Source: Salinispira sp. (GTDB lineage: Bacteria; Spirochaetota; Spirochaetia; DSM-27196; Salinispiraceae). From it: a DNA stretch of 64,000 nucleotides. This document shows positions 18,164 through 28,209 of this stretch, piece after piece (position 1 is the stretch's first letter; each line of letters opens with the position of its first letter). Location of the stretch: assembly GCA_965602015.1 (NCBI GenBank), contig OZ271918.1, positions 2,080,001 to 2,144,000 on the forward strand, in the 5' to 3' direction. Position numbers and translations under genes: made by a program. The notes under the pieces are model-generated. The model ran no database searches and was not told where the DNA came from. It was given only the letters and a program-made list of their open reading frames with translations.

Positions 18164-18717
18164 TTCGATAGTTCTATTATCAGCTCAATTTCACCGAGAG
18201 GCATTTTGGTCATTTCCGCAATCTCATCAAGAGCCCTGCCCTGATTATACAACCCGATAACCTGTTCCCGTGCACTGGGCTTAGGCGGCGTATCCTCGGC
18301 GGGCTGCGAATCGCGGATTTCACCGTTCTGTTTGGCTTCGTCAATGGGGTTTTTTGGGGCCGGAACCTGCTGATCTGATTCAGGTATGGACAGCTTCTGG
18401 GTGATTCGCCGCGAATTGAGAATTATTTCATTGTAGCGGCCGTCGGCCCTGTCGAGCATAGAGAAAATCTGCTGCATCTCCTCGATGCGTTTTTCCACCC
18501 GGTTCTGAAGCCGTTTAATTTTCTCCGACTCATTGCTGAGAATCTGAACACTGGTTTCGGTGGTCTGATTGAGGTCGGTCATGATGGCGTTGACCTCTTT
18601 TTGCAGGGTACTCAAAAACTTCTCACTGCTGTAATTTTTACTGAGCTGATGCCGCAAAACCAGGTACATGAGGGCGAGAATTGCGAGGTTTATCAGAAGA
18701 AGTAAAACGAAATCCAT
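18160..18717 (-). CDS. SwrB-like membrane-anchored flagellar protein (TM, coiled coil, C-terminal HTH)
   Basis: N-terminal TM; C-terminus REQVIGLYNQGRALDEIAEMTKMPLGEIELII; position downstream of fliA/fapA. Confidence 0.65.
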   Translation of the reverse strand: MDFVLLLLINLAILALMYLVLRHQLSKNYSSEKFLSTLQKEVNAIMTDLNQTTETSVQILSNESEKIKRLQNRVEKRIEEMQQIFSMLDRADGRYNEIILNSRRITQKLSIPESDQQVPAPKNPIDEAKQNGEIRDSQPAEDTPPKPSAREQVIGLYNQGRALDEIAEMTKMPLGEIELIIELSK

Positions 18718-18733
18718 AGTCTATCGTCGAAGA

Positions 18734-19069
18734 TTAGCCGTTGATGTCGATGCGGTTTCCCAGATCCGGGTCTTTAAACAGATCCTCTTCTTCAGCCGCT
18801 TCATCATCCTCTTCTTTATCTCCTCGCAGATGTTCCTTCTTTGCCTGTCTGGCGCCGCCTCCGGTTTGATCGTCGTGAAGCTTTTCCGGTCCGTCACTGG
18901 TTTCTTCGGTCTTTGCAACCCGCTTATCGGCCATTTTTGTCTGCTGCTCAATTTCCTGACCGGCGACCTGCTGGGCATGAAGCACGGCTTCCTGCTGCGC
19001 AGCCTGCTGCTTGCTGATTTCATTGAGGCGGACAAAGAGGTTTTGCAAGTCAATCGGTTTTAATGACAT
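18734..19069 (-). CDS. Conserved hypothetical flagellar-operon protein
   Basis: MSLKPIDLQ...FKDPDLGNRIDING; SD AAGGAG. Confidence 0.7.
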   Translation of the reverse strand: MSLKPIDLQNLFVRLNEISKQQAAQQEAVLHAQQVAGQEIEQQTKMADKRVAKTEETSDGPEKLHDDQTGGGARQAKKEHLRGDKEEDDEAAEEEDLFKDPDLGNRIDING

Positions 19070-19124
19070 ACATTCATCTCCTTACGGGAGCTCATGCATT
19101 GCGCCGGCGCTGAAGCGATACTGT

Positions 19125-21062
19125 TTACTTTGGCTTGAGCGAAATGTCGTCTTCGATCTCTTCATACTTGGTAACCTTCACCTGACCGTTTTCATTAACA
19201 AAGGTCACCGATTTGAACTCGTTCCGCACCTCGAGATTCGCATCTTTGATACTGATTTTCACTCCTGCGAACACATTGCCCGATGCTGAAATTTTGCCGT
19301 TCGCCTTGAGCTCGGCCAGATAGGAATGGACATCGGTTTTTTCATCCTCAATCTCATCGATTCTCTCGAGGTAAGAAGCGAGCTCGTTTTTCATTATTTT
19401 GTACTTATCTTTCTGCGATTCGGAAATCTTCCGTTTTGCTTTTATCGCCGATTCGATGGTGGCGACATTTTTCTTGAGCTCGTCCACCTTCTCGTGCAGC
19501 TCCCGCTCTTCATGCAACAGTTCTTCCAAACGGGCCTTGCTTTTGGGGTCGAAACCCACTTCCATGTTCGTTTCGACGTTGGCGACAGATCCCAGGGTTT
19601 TTGCGTTTATTTCTTCCGCAGCTCTGAGATTACCGCCGACTATTGTGGCCCGCTTACCCTTGCAGAGAATTTTTTTATCAGAGCTCACATTCGAGTTGAT
19701 GATACCGTCGGACACCACCACCATTCCGGCGGCTTCCACGGTGGTGTTTTGGATGAACTTGGCAAATACGTTGCCCCCTGCCTGGATCAGGCCGCTCTCC
19801 CTGCCGTTCATTCCCTGCCGAATGATGATGTCCCCTTCGGCATCAAGTTCGCATTTGCCCACCGAACCGGTGATTTCAATATTGCCGGCGGCCTTCACGG
19901 AGAACCCGTCTTCCACGTTGCCGTTGACAAGCACGGTTCCCAGGAACAGGATGTTGCCGGTTTTCAAATCCACGCCGTTGTTTACCACATATACCGGTTC
20001 GACGGAAATCTTCCCGCTCAGGAGTATGACCTGACCGTTCTTCTCGGCAATGGCGCTGCTTCCGTCATCGCTTAGCCGCACGTTGTTGCCGATTTCCATA
20101 TTGGTGGGTTTGCCAGTTCGGGCGGGCAGCAGTTTTCCCGTGACCGTTTGACCGGCCTCGCCCTTGGTTGGTTTGGTGAGTTTTGCCAACACCTGGCCGG
20201 CCACCACATTGTTAATTTTATTGAGCTCCCGGTAATCGACCTTTCCGTCTATTTCCTTGAGCCGGATGTTGTTGGTATCGGTCTCGAAATTAAAAATTAC
20301 CTTGCCGTCTTCACCGTTCACCGGTTTAAGTCCCTCGGCAACCAAAATCGGCTGACCGTAGACCGGATTATCGGACAAATCCTGAATTGCATCGTCTAGA
20401 TAGCCGTACACCACCCCGTTGGCCTGCAGGAAGGCCAGAATAGAATCCCTGTCCGGATCGGCACCCTGCTCCCCCGGAGCCCGGATGGTAATAAAGGCCT
20501 TCATTTCCAGATCCTGGAGATCAAAGGTGATCAGAGCATCCTGCACCGGATCATGGCGAAAATCTGCGATTTTTACGAACATATTGTCGGCTTTTTTGAC
20601 CAGCTTGCTGATCATCGCCTTATCCGGTCCGATGATGCCGCGGCGGATTACCGCGTCCATGGCAATGCTCTCGGTTACCTTGCTGCCGTCTCCCTGGGGC
20701 TGGGATATTTTCATATACACCCCGTCGAGATTTCGCCTGATGTATACCTTGCCGTCACGGCTCTTTCCCATTTCAAAGGCGATGTCAAAATCGCCGTCGG
20801 CAATCGGGAGGGCTTCATCCTCAACGGGGACGGACGCGGGATATGCGAGGATCAGGCAGGGTTTTTTACCCATTCCCAGCATGCCCTTGGAGCCCGCATC
20901 GAGGACTTCGTACTCTATCTTTTTTATGGGAAGAGATAGTTCGATAGCCGCCTGGTGGAGGGCGTCCTCCAGATCCTTGCCGGAGACATTGACGTAGCGT
21001 TGATCTCTGTCGTTTTTGAGACGCTGACGCATGTATTCCTGGATCTGGGCAAAATCGACCAC
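19125..21062 (-). CDS. fapA: FapA (DUF342) family protein with N-terminal Jag_N-like domain
   Basis: VSGKDLEDAL...YEVLDAGSKGMLGMGKKP (Jag_N); DGKVDYRELN; VDLKTGNILFLGTVLVNGNV beta-helix repeats. Confidence 0.85.
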   Translation of the reverse strand: MVDFAQIQEYMRQRLKNDRDQRYVNVSGKDLEDALHQAAIELSLPIKKIEYEVLDAGSKGMLGMGKKPCLILAYPASVPVEDEALPIADGDFDIAFEMGKSRDGKVYIRRNLDGVYMKISQPQGDGSKVTESIAMDAVIRRGIIGPDKAMISKLVKKADNMFVKIADFRHDPVQDALITFDLQDLEMKAFITIRAPGEQGADPDRDSILAFLQANGVVYGYLDDAIQDLSDNPVYGQPILVAEGLKPVNGEDGKVIFNFETDTNNIRLKEIDGKVDYRELNKINNVVAGQVLAKLTKPTKGEAGQTVTGKLLPARTGKPTNMEIGNNVRLSDDGSSAIAEKNGQVILLSGKISVEPVYVVNNGVDLKTGNILFLGTVLVNGNVEDGFSVKAAGNIEITGSVGKCELDAEGDIIIRQGMNGRESGLIQAGGNVFAKFIQNTTVEAAGMVVVSDGIINSNVSSDKKILCKGKRATIVGGNLRAAEEINAKTLGSVANVETNMEVGFDPKSKARLEELLHEERELHEKVDELKKNVATIESAIKAKRKISESQKDKYKIMKNELASYLERIDEIEDEKTDVHSYLAELKANGKISASGNVFAGVKISIKDANLEVRNEFKSVTFVNENGQVKVTKYEEIEDDISLKPK

Positions 21063-21850
21063 TAAAAAATTCCCTTTTTGATATTGGTTAGCTTCGCGCG
21101 CAGTCGCATGATGGCCTTGGTGTGGAGCTGGCTCACCCGTGATTCGGTGACTTCCAATACTTTTCCGATTTCCTTAAGCGTCAGGTCCTCGTAGTAATAC
21201 AGCACAAGTACGGTTTTCTCTTTTTCCGGAAGTTCCTGAATCGATTGAATAATGACCCTCTTTACTTCTTCCTTTTCAACGATGTTGTCGGGATTGAAAT
21301 TATCGGGACTCTCAATGCTGTCGGCTATGGAAACCTTGTCGTTGTCCTCTCCGGTGTACCACACGTCATTGAGGCTGAGAATGCTGGTTCCGCTGACCCG
21401 CAGCATGGTCTTTTCAAACTCTTTGTCGGTCATGTTCATTTCCCGGGCTACCTCGGCATCGGTGGCCGCCCGGCCGAGACTTGCTTCGAGCCGCCTGATG
21501 GCGTCCTCGATTTCCCGGGACTTCTGTCGGACAGAACGGGGTACCCAGTCAATGGCCCGCAGTTCGTCGAAAATCGCTCCGCGAATTCGGGTAACCGCAT
21601 AGGTTTTGAACTTTACGTGCTTGTCGGGATCAAATTTTTCAATGGCGTCAAACAGACCGAATACCCCGTAGCCGACCAGGTCGTCGAATTCCACATTTTG
21701 CGGCATTCCGACAGCGACCTTGCCCGCCACATATTTGACAAGGGGAGCATACTGTTTGACCATACGGTCTCTGATTTCAGGATTACGCTTCTCCTTATAT
21801 TCTTTCCAGAGTTTGAGTTCATCCTGTTCAGTGTAGGTCTTTTCAGCCAT
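21062..21850 (-). CDS. fliA: RNA polymerase sigma-28 factor FliA/WhiG
   Basis: FKTYAVTRIRGAIFDELRAIDWVPRSVR; LTLKEIGKVLEVTESRVSQLH. Confidence 0.97.
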   Translation of the reverse strand: MAEKTYTEQDELKLWKEYKEKRNPEIRDRMVKQYAPLVKYVAGKVAVGMPQNVEFDDLVGYGVFGLFDAIEKFDPDKHVKFKTYAVTRIRGAIFDELRAIDWVPRSVRQKSREIEDAIRRLEASLGRAATDAEVAREMNMTDKEFEKTMLRVSGTSILSLNDVWYTGEDNDKVSIADSIESPDNFNPDNIVEKEEVKRVIIQSIQELPEKEKTVLVLYYYEDLTLKEIGKVLEVTESRVSQLHTKAIMRLRAKLTNIKKGIF

Positions 21851-21871
21851 ATCTCCCCTCGCTTTGGGCTG

Positions 21872-22690
21872 TTATTCCTTTTTTAGAATGGTTCGGATGG
21901 CATCAGCCATCATTTTCGGGTCGCTATCGGAATCACCGCGGTTATTCCCGATTGAGGTCTCTGAACCGCTAAAACCTGACAGCGCCGACCCCATGTCGCT
22001 GTCAGTTCCGGTCTCCCCCTCCGGGACTTCATCCTCGTCGCTGAAGGTACCATCGTTGAAACTGTCGGACATACCGGAAATATCGGGTAGATTTTGAACT
22101 CCCGAGTAAAAATCATCGTCATCAGGAAGGCTTCCCGCAGTCTGCACGGAAGCATTCTCCTGGACTTCTTCTATTATAGTATTTTCATCGTCAACAAACA
22201 GATTTCCCGCTGCAGAAGGCCGGGTATTTCCCCCGTCCGGCGCCATGGGAACCATATCGTCCTCATCCATAGAATCAAGGCCGGCACCCTGTTGCTTCCT
22301 TGTGGCGGATTGTTCAATGGTTCTTTGCTCGCGACGCAGATCTTCTGCCTGATCCAAATCAGTATCCCGAGGACCTGCGTCGCTGCGAGAGTCGCCTGAG
22401 TCATCGATGACTATATCGACGTTGGAGCCCGGACCGTCGGTTTGGATTACCGCATCCAGGCCCGCATCGAGCGGGTTTTCATCGTCCTTCAGAGAAATGG
22501 TCAACAACTCCGGCAAAAATTTGCTAATGAGAAAAAAGAGCCCCGCACCCAGGGCTCCGGCGACCAGGGCTCCGATCAGCATTCTCAGGATAATAACGCC
22601 GAAATCCACTCCCCCGATAATTCCGCCGATTAAACTGAGGATCAGACCGGCAATCGCTGTTTTCAGGGCAAAACCCAGTGCCTTGTCCAT
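21872..22690 (-). CDS. flgV: FlgV-like flagellar protein (2 N-terminal TM, acidic disordered region, C-terminal helix)
   Basis: Position between flhG and fliA and two Gly-rich TM helices match FlgV as described in Borrelia and Campylobacterota. Confidence 0.6.
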   Translation of the reverse strand: MDKALGFALKTAIAGLILSLIGGIIGGVDFGVIILRMLIGALVAGALGAGLFFLISKFLPELLTISLKDDENPLDAGLDAVIQTDGPGSNVDIVIDDSGDSRSDAGPRDTDLDQAEDLRREQRTIEQSATRKQQGAGLDSMDEDDMVPMAPDGGNTRPSAAGNLFVDDENTIIEEVQENASVQTAGSLPDDDDFYSGVQNLPDISGMSDSFNDGTFSDEDEVPEGETGTDSDMGSALSGFSGSETSIGNNRGDSDSDPKMMADAIRTILKKE

Positions 22691-22753
22691 GCTAACCTCT
22701 TCTACTCCTAATATTACACCTTAAGCCAAGGGGAGCGCTCAGGTCAACCGACA

Positions 22754-23611
22754 TCATCTGCTGAAAAGTTTCTTGAGAAAACTTCCCAGACCTCCGCCCT
22801 CGCGGTACTCAATTTTTTCCAGCCTGCTGACTATCTGGTTCACACAGGCTGTGGCCTTCGCCCGGGGTTCGAGAACCGAAAATGGCTTCTGCTTCCTGAC
22901 CGCTTCGCGCACCGCATTGTCTTCAAACACGTAACCAAGATAATCAACCTTGAGATTAAGAAACTGGCTCGCGATATTTATTACCCGTTCGGCTACTTTC
23001 TTGCCCTCGGTAACGCTGGAGACCCGGTTGACGATGAGCTTGAGGCTCAGCCCGATGTTATCCAGTTCGGTTGCGATAATTTTAATGATTCCGTACGCAT
23101 CGGTAATTGCCGTCGGCTCGGGGGTGGTGACTATGAAGGCGTCGTCGGCGGCGGCTATGAACGAGAGAACATTGTTGTTCACCCCGGCGCTTGCGTCGAT
23201 GATTATCACGTCGGCGCTGCTCAGTTCGGTGAGTTCCTTAATAAAGGTCATCCGCTCTTCTTCGGACAGATTTGCCAACTTGCTGAAACCGCTTGCCCCG
23301 GCAACCAACTGTATGCCGTATTGGGTATCCATGAGGATATCCTTCATGGTTTTCTGCTTGCGGATTAAATGATAGAGGTTGTATTTGGGAATGATGCCCA
23401 GGACCACGTTTACATTAGCCAATCCCAGGTCGGCGTCCATCAGCACCACCCTCTTGCCAAGCTTCGCGTAGGCGATGGCCAGGTTCGTCGAGAGGTTGGT
23501 TTTCCCCACCCCTCCCTTTCCGCTGGCCACCGTGATAATCCGGGTTTTGGAATTGGCCAACTGGGTGTTACCCTTCATGATTTCCCGTAATGCTTCTGCT
23601 TGATCTGCCAT
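22754..23611 (-). CDS. flhG: MinD-like ATPase FlhG/FleN
   Basis: SGKGGVGKT, DADLGLAN, PEPTAITDAY; follows flhF. Confidence 0.95.
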   Translation of the reverse strand: MADQAEALREIMKGNTQLANSKTRIITVASGKGGVGKTNLSTNLAIAYAKLGKRVVLMDADLGLANVNVVLGIIPKYNLYHLIRKQKTMKDILMDTQYGIQLVAGASGFSKLANLSEEERMTFIKELTELSSADVIIIDASAGVNNNVLSFIAAADDAFIVTTPEPTAITDAYGIIKIIATELDNIGLSLKLIVNRVSSVTEGKKVAERVINIASQFLNLKVDYLGYVFEDNAVREAVRKQKPFSVLEPRAKATACVNQIVSRLEKIEYREGGGLGSFLKKLFSR

Positions 23612-23614
23612 TTT

Positions 23615-24919
23615 CTACTCCGATTGCGATACCGCGTATTGTTCTTCAAGCCTGTCCTGATCTACCCGGAAACCCGTAAGCCTCCGGAGGAATTGGGACC
23701 TGTCGGCAGCGCTCAAGTCATGGGGAACGCTTTGGCCGTTGGTAATAAAACTTACTTCCTTATTTTTTTCCCAAAGATTGCTGATTATGGTTCCCAGACT
23801 GGTGGTCTCATCAGTCTTGGTGACCACGACGGATTGGTAGTTGAAGGGTTCAAATTGCTGCATTATGCGGCGAAGGTCGGAGCTGCGGGTACAGGCGCTC
23901 ACCGCCAGGTGTATCTCCGCCTGGTTTCCGCAGACTTGCAACAGGGCATTCATCCTGCTGAGGGTTTCGATTTCGCTGGGACTTCTGCCGATGGTGTCGA
24001 CGAATATCATATCGACGTCGTGGTAAATATCGAGCCACTTCTTTAGTTCATCGGCGTTTTCCGCCGATTCGACGGGGATGTTCATGATTTCCCCGTAGGT
24101 CTGAATCTGCTTTTTAGCTCCGATTCGGTAGTTATCGATGGTGATGATGCGCACCGAATTGCTTCGTCCGTCAATTTTACCAAGGTGATGCTGGGCGGCC
24201 AGCTTTGCGATACTGGTGGTTTTCCCCACTCCCGTGGGACCCACCAGGACGACTATCCGCGGGCGGGACCGGGGGATATTTTCATATATACTGATGCTCT
24301 GGCTCACCCATTCCAGGACCCGTTGCTGCACGGTGTCGCAGTCTTCGAGATCTGCGATGGAAAGATCGCGGCATTTCTTCATGATATGGTCGATATATTT
24401 CTGACTGAACTCGTTGTCTTCCAGCAGCTCCCGTACCTTTGCCATGGATTCGGGTTCTTCACGATTTTTCGCCCCCTGGTCTCCATTAACCCGATGTACG
24501 TCGTCCCGGAGGTTTTTTATCTCCGCGAGGATTCGGGTCATGGTCGAGGAATCGCTCACTCCCGCCGCCCGGAGAATTTGCTCTTTTGCGCTGGCAAGGG
24601 ACGAATCGCCTCCGCCGCCCTGCCGCGTAGCGCCGGAGCCTGGGGCTGCGGACTGCAGGGTACCGGGCTGAGCCGCAGAGATCGCACGGCGGGCACCGAT
24701 CGCCCTTTGAAGCGCCGCGGCGTTCGAACTGCGCACCGGTTCGAGACTAACGTAACCGCTGACTTCCACGGCATCCTTGCGGAAAAGCCCGAGGAAACCG
24801 CCGATCTGCTTCTGCCGCCTCTGCAGTATGGTCGCGCGCTCGCCGTATTTTTGAGTCACCAGATCTTCCGCCTCCCGGTAGGACGGCGCGACTTCGGTAA
24901 AATATTCGTAACTCATCAT
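23615..24919 (-). CDS. flhF: SRP-family GTPase FlhF
   Basis: GPTGVGKTTSIAKLAA, DNYRIGA, DTIGRS, TKTDET. Confidence 0.95.
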   Translation of the reverse strand: MMSYEYFTEVAPSYREAEDLVTQKYGERATILQRRQKQIGGFLGLFRKDAVEVSGYVSLEPVRSSNAAALQRAIGARRAISAAQPGTLQSAAPGSGATRQGGGGDSSLASAKEQILRAAGVSDSSTMTRILAEIKNLRDDVHRVNGDQGAKNREEPESMAKVRELLEDNEFSQKYIDHIMKKCRDLSIADLEDCDTVQQRVLEWVSQSISIYENIPRSRPRIVVLVGPTGVGKTTSIAKLAAQHHLGKIDGRSNSVRIITIDNYRIGAKKQIQTYGEIMNIPVESAENADELKKWLDIYHDVDMIFVDTIGRSPSEIETLSRMNALLQVCGNQAEIHLAVSACTRSSDLRRIMQQFEPFNYQSVVVTKTDETTSLGTIISNLWEKNKEVSFITNGQSVPHDLSAADRSQFLRRLTGFRVDQDRLEEQYAVSQSE

Positions 24920-24961
24920 TCCCCACCCATTCTCTTGTATATCATATTTTGCTCATTTATC

Positions 24962-27061
24962 CTAGTTTTCCTGTATAGATATTGCGCCGAGACTCTCGAT
25001 ATTTACCTCGGGTATTATTTCCGGAACCGACAGCACCACCAAATCCGGTATGTCCCGCCGGGTACCGGCCTTCACAAGGGGCCTGGTCACTTCCTGGGTC
25101 AGCATGACCGCAAGGTACCCCATTTCCTGTACCCGTTTTACGGTGTTCACCGTTGCGTTTATCCAGCGCCGATGGGTCTCCGGTTGCAGCGCCGGAACAA
25201 CTCCCGCCGCGGTCTGTTGACGGCTCTCTATGATCATCTGCTCCAGGGACGGCTCGAGAGTGATGACGTGGATTACCCGCTCGTCGTCGGCGTACTGCAG
25301 ACAGATTTGCCGCCCCAGTCCCTGTCGCACTTTCTCAATGAGGTATGGAATATCGTCCTTGGTAATTTTGGCGTAGTCAGCCAGGGTTTCGAGGATGGTT
25401 ACCATATTGCGAATGGACACCTGTTCTGACAGAAGGCCCTGAAGGACCTTCTGTATTTCACCGATGCCGAGAATGTTCTGAACCTCTTCCACAACCGCCG
25501 AGTAATCTTCCCTGAGCCCGTCAAGGAGGCTTTTGACTTCCTGACGCCCCAGGATGCTTGCAGCGCTCTTTTTTATCAGTTCCGTCAGATGGGTGGCGAT
25601 AATCGAAGGCGGATCCACCACGGTGTACCCTGCGCGCTCCGCCCGGTCGCGGTCAGCCTCGCCGACCCACAGCGCGGGAAGGCCAAATGCCGGATCGGTA
25701 GTCTTCTCTCCGGGAATCTCTTCGCTCACCGATCCGGGATTGATGCACATGTAACTGCCCATGCGCAGCTGTCCGCGGCCCACCTCGACTCCGCGTATTT
25801 TCAGGCAGTACTCGCTGGGCTCCAGGCGCATATTATCGATGATCCGTATCCGGGGAACAATCAGCCCCAAATCCAGCGCGGTTTCCCGGCGGATCTTGGT
25901 GATCCGCTCGAGGAGCTCGGCCCCCTGTTCCTTATCTACCAAAGGGACCAGTCCGTAGCCCAATTCCAGGGAAATGGGATCCAGAGGAGCGACCTTGGGA
26001 AATTCCGCGGGCTGGTCGGCCGGGGCGCTGCGCTTCTGCTGCGCGGCCTGGTCAGCCGCCTGTTCCCGCTCACTTCTTTTCCGTCCGAGCCGGTAGGCCA
26101 TAACGGCCGAAAGGGCGGCCATCGGGAGGAGCACATACCAGGGGAATCCGGGCAGGAATGAAAGAACCACGAGGAACATTGCGGCAATCCAGTAGACCCG
26201 GTCCTGACGGCCGAACTGCTGGGTAAGATCCCGGCCGAAGCTTCCGTCGCTCACAGCCCGGGTAACAATAAGACCGGTGGCAGTGGAGACCAGGAGACTG
26301 GGGAACTGACTCACCAGGCCGTCTCCGATGGTGAGGCTGACATAGGTGCTGACCGCCACGTCCAGCGGCTCTCCATGAATGGTGAGTCCGACAATCAAGC
26401 CGCCGACGATGTTCACCACGGTAATAAGGATGCCGACGGTTACGTTGCCTTGAATGAACTTACTGGCACCGTCCATGGCGCCGTAAAAATCAACTTCTTT
26501 TTGAAGATCCTGTTTGCGCCTTTGGGCCTCATCTTCGGTAATCGAACCGTTGCTGTATTCAGCGTCGATGGCCATCTGCTTGCCTGGAAGGGCGTCGAGG
26601 GTAAATCGTGCGGCGACCTCTGCGACCCGCGTAGCGCCTTTGGTAATAACCAGGAACTGGACCGCGATGATTATGATGTAGATAATCGCACCGATTACCA
26701 GACCCTCGGTGCCCGACGCACCGGTAACAAAGCTGCCGAAGGCCCTGACGATGCGCCCGCCGAACTCCGAACCCCGGCTGAGGATCAGCCGGGTTGAGCT
26801 GATGTTTAACGCCAGGGAAAATACCGTGCTGACCAGGAGAATCGTCGGAAAAATCGAAAAGTCCAGCGCCCGGACGGTGTACAGGACTATCAGAAGAATC
26901 AGAAGAGACAGGACCAGGTTGGATGCCTGAAACGTGTCCAGAATGACCGAAGGCAGCGGGATGATAAGCATCATCACCACAACAATTACTCCCACAGCCA
27001 CCAATGCGTCGCTGCGTTCTTTGAGAAAGGCTGTAGACAATTGGCTTTGGATATCGGCCAT
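24962..27061 (-). CDS. flhA: Flagellar export gate protein FlhA
   Basis: RVAEVAARFTLDALPGKQMAIDA, FYGAMDGASKF. Confidence 0.98.
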   Translation of the reverse strand: MADIQSQLSTAFLKERSDALVAVGVIVVVMMLIIPLPSVILDTFQASNLVLSLLILLIVLYTVRALDFSIFPTILLVSTVFSLALNISSTRLILSRGSEFGGRIVRAFGSFVTGASGTEGLVIGAIIYIIIIAVQFLVITKGATRVAEVAARFTLDALPGKQMAIDAEYSNGSITEDEAQRRKQDLQKEVDFYGAMDGASKFIQGNVTVGILITVVNIVGGLIVGLTIHGEPLDVAVSTYVSLTIGDGLVSQFPSLLVSTATGLIVTRAVSDGSFGRDLTQQFGRQDRVYWIAAMFLVVLSFLPGFPWYVLLPMAALSAVMAYRLGRKRSEREQAADQAAQQKRSAPADQPAEFPKVAPLDPISLELGYGLVPLVDKEQGAELLERITKIRRETALDLGLIVPRIRIIDNMRLEPSEYCLKIRGVEVGRGQLRMGSYMCINPGSVSEEIPGEKTTDPAFGLPALWVGEADRDRAERAGYTVVDPPSIIATHLTELIKKSAASILGRQEVKSLLDGLREDYSAVVEEVQNILGIGEIQKVLQGLLSEQVSIRNMVTILETLADYAKITKDDIPYLIEKVRQGLGRQICLQYADDERVIHVITLEPSLEQMIIESRQQTAAGVVPALQPETHRRWINATVNTVKRVQEMGYLAVMLTQEVTRPLVKAGTRRDIPDLVVLSVPEIIPEVNIESLGAISIQEN

Positions 27062-28209
27062 TAGCCGGCCTCCTTCTGATTATTCATTCGGTACACAAGT
27101 TTGAGCAATTCGGCGACGGCCTGGTAATGTTCAACGGGAATCTGATCGCCGATTTCGCAGTCGGCGTAGAGGGCGCGGGCCAGGGGCTTGTTCTCCATAA
27201 CCGGAACCTCGTGCTCCGCCGCGATGGCCTTTATCCTCTGAGCCACATGGTCCTGACCCTTGGCGGTAACCGTGGGCGCGTCCATGCTTGAGCGCCGATA
27301 CTCCAGGGCGACGGCGAAGTGGGTCGGGTTGGTGACCACCACGTCAGCCTCGGGCACCTTGCGCATCATATTCGCCTGGAGGATTTCCCTCATTCTCTGC
27401 CGCAATCGCGCCTTTATTTGAGGATCACCCTCGTAGTTCTTTCGCTCTTCCTTAACTTCCTGTTTTGTCATTTTCAGACTGTCCCGATGCTGGCGTCGCT
27501 GAAACCAGTAATCGAGAAGGGAAAAAATCAGCATAACAATGGAAGCCTGTACGATAATCGCGAATGCCAGGTCTGAAATCAGAAAAAATCCCTCCATAAA
27601 GGGACGGCGCACCAGGGCGAGGATTTCCTGAATTCTGGCCTGCACATTGAGAAAGGATATACCGACGACGATTACGACCTTTACGATGCTTTTCCCGAGG
27701 TTAAACAGGGCTTCGCTGGAAAAAAGGCTTCGCTTGAAGTACTTGGCAAAATTAGGGGCGATTCTCTTGAAGTCCGGCTTCAGGGGTTTTGTGGTGAATA
27801 GAAAGCCGACCTGCACCACATTGCCCACAAATGCCGCGACGAATACCACCGCCGCTATGGGGAGCATGATCCGGGTGAAATACTCGAAAAAAGCCCTGGC
27901 GAGGATGCCGCTGCCCTGAACCGGGGCCTCTGATACAAGGGAAAGATAAAACTTCATCATATCCTGAAGGGTTGTAAATATGCTCCTGCCCATCAGGGCC
28001 AGCACCGCAATGCCGCCGAGCAGAACGATGGTTGAGCTGACATCCTGGCTTTTGGCGACCTTTCCCTCTTCCCGGGCCTTGCGGATTTTTTGCTCGGTGG
28101 GATCCTCGGTTCGCCCCTCATCCTCGGCGGCAAACCACTGAAGGGTCATACTGGAGAACAGCAGGTCCTCCCCGAAATCCCGGGCTACCTCGCGCTTTGC
28201 GGAAATCAT
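27061..28209 (-). CDS. flhB: Flagellar export protein FlhB
   Basis: TEDPTEQK...EEGKVAKS, EGDPQIKAR, autocleavage NPTH. Confidence 0.98.
   Translation of the reverse strand: MISAKREVARDFGEDLLFSSMTLQWFAAEDEGRTEDPTEQKIRKAREEGKVAKSQDVSSTIVLLGGIAVLALMGRSIFTTLQDMMKFYLSLVSEAPVQGSGILARAFFEYFTRIMLPIAAVVFVAAFVGNVVQVGFLFTTKPLKPDFKRIAPNFAKYFKRSLFSSEALFNLGKSIVKVVIVVGISFLNVQARIQEILALVRRPFMEGFFLISDLAFAIIVQASIVMLIFSLLDYWFQRRQHRDSLKMTKQEVKEERKNYEGDPQIKARLRQRMREILQANMMRKVPEADVVVTNPTHFAVALEYRRSSMDAPTVTAKGQDHVAQRIKAIAAEHEVPVMENKPLARALYADCEIGDQIPVEHYQAVAELLKLVYRMNNQKEAG

Noticed and set aside
24185..25429. 414-aa plus-strand ORF spanning flhF/flhA
   Set aside because: Antisense shadow over two conserved genes
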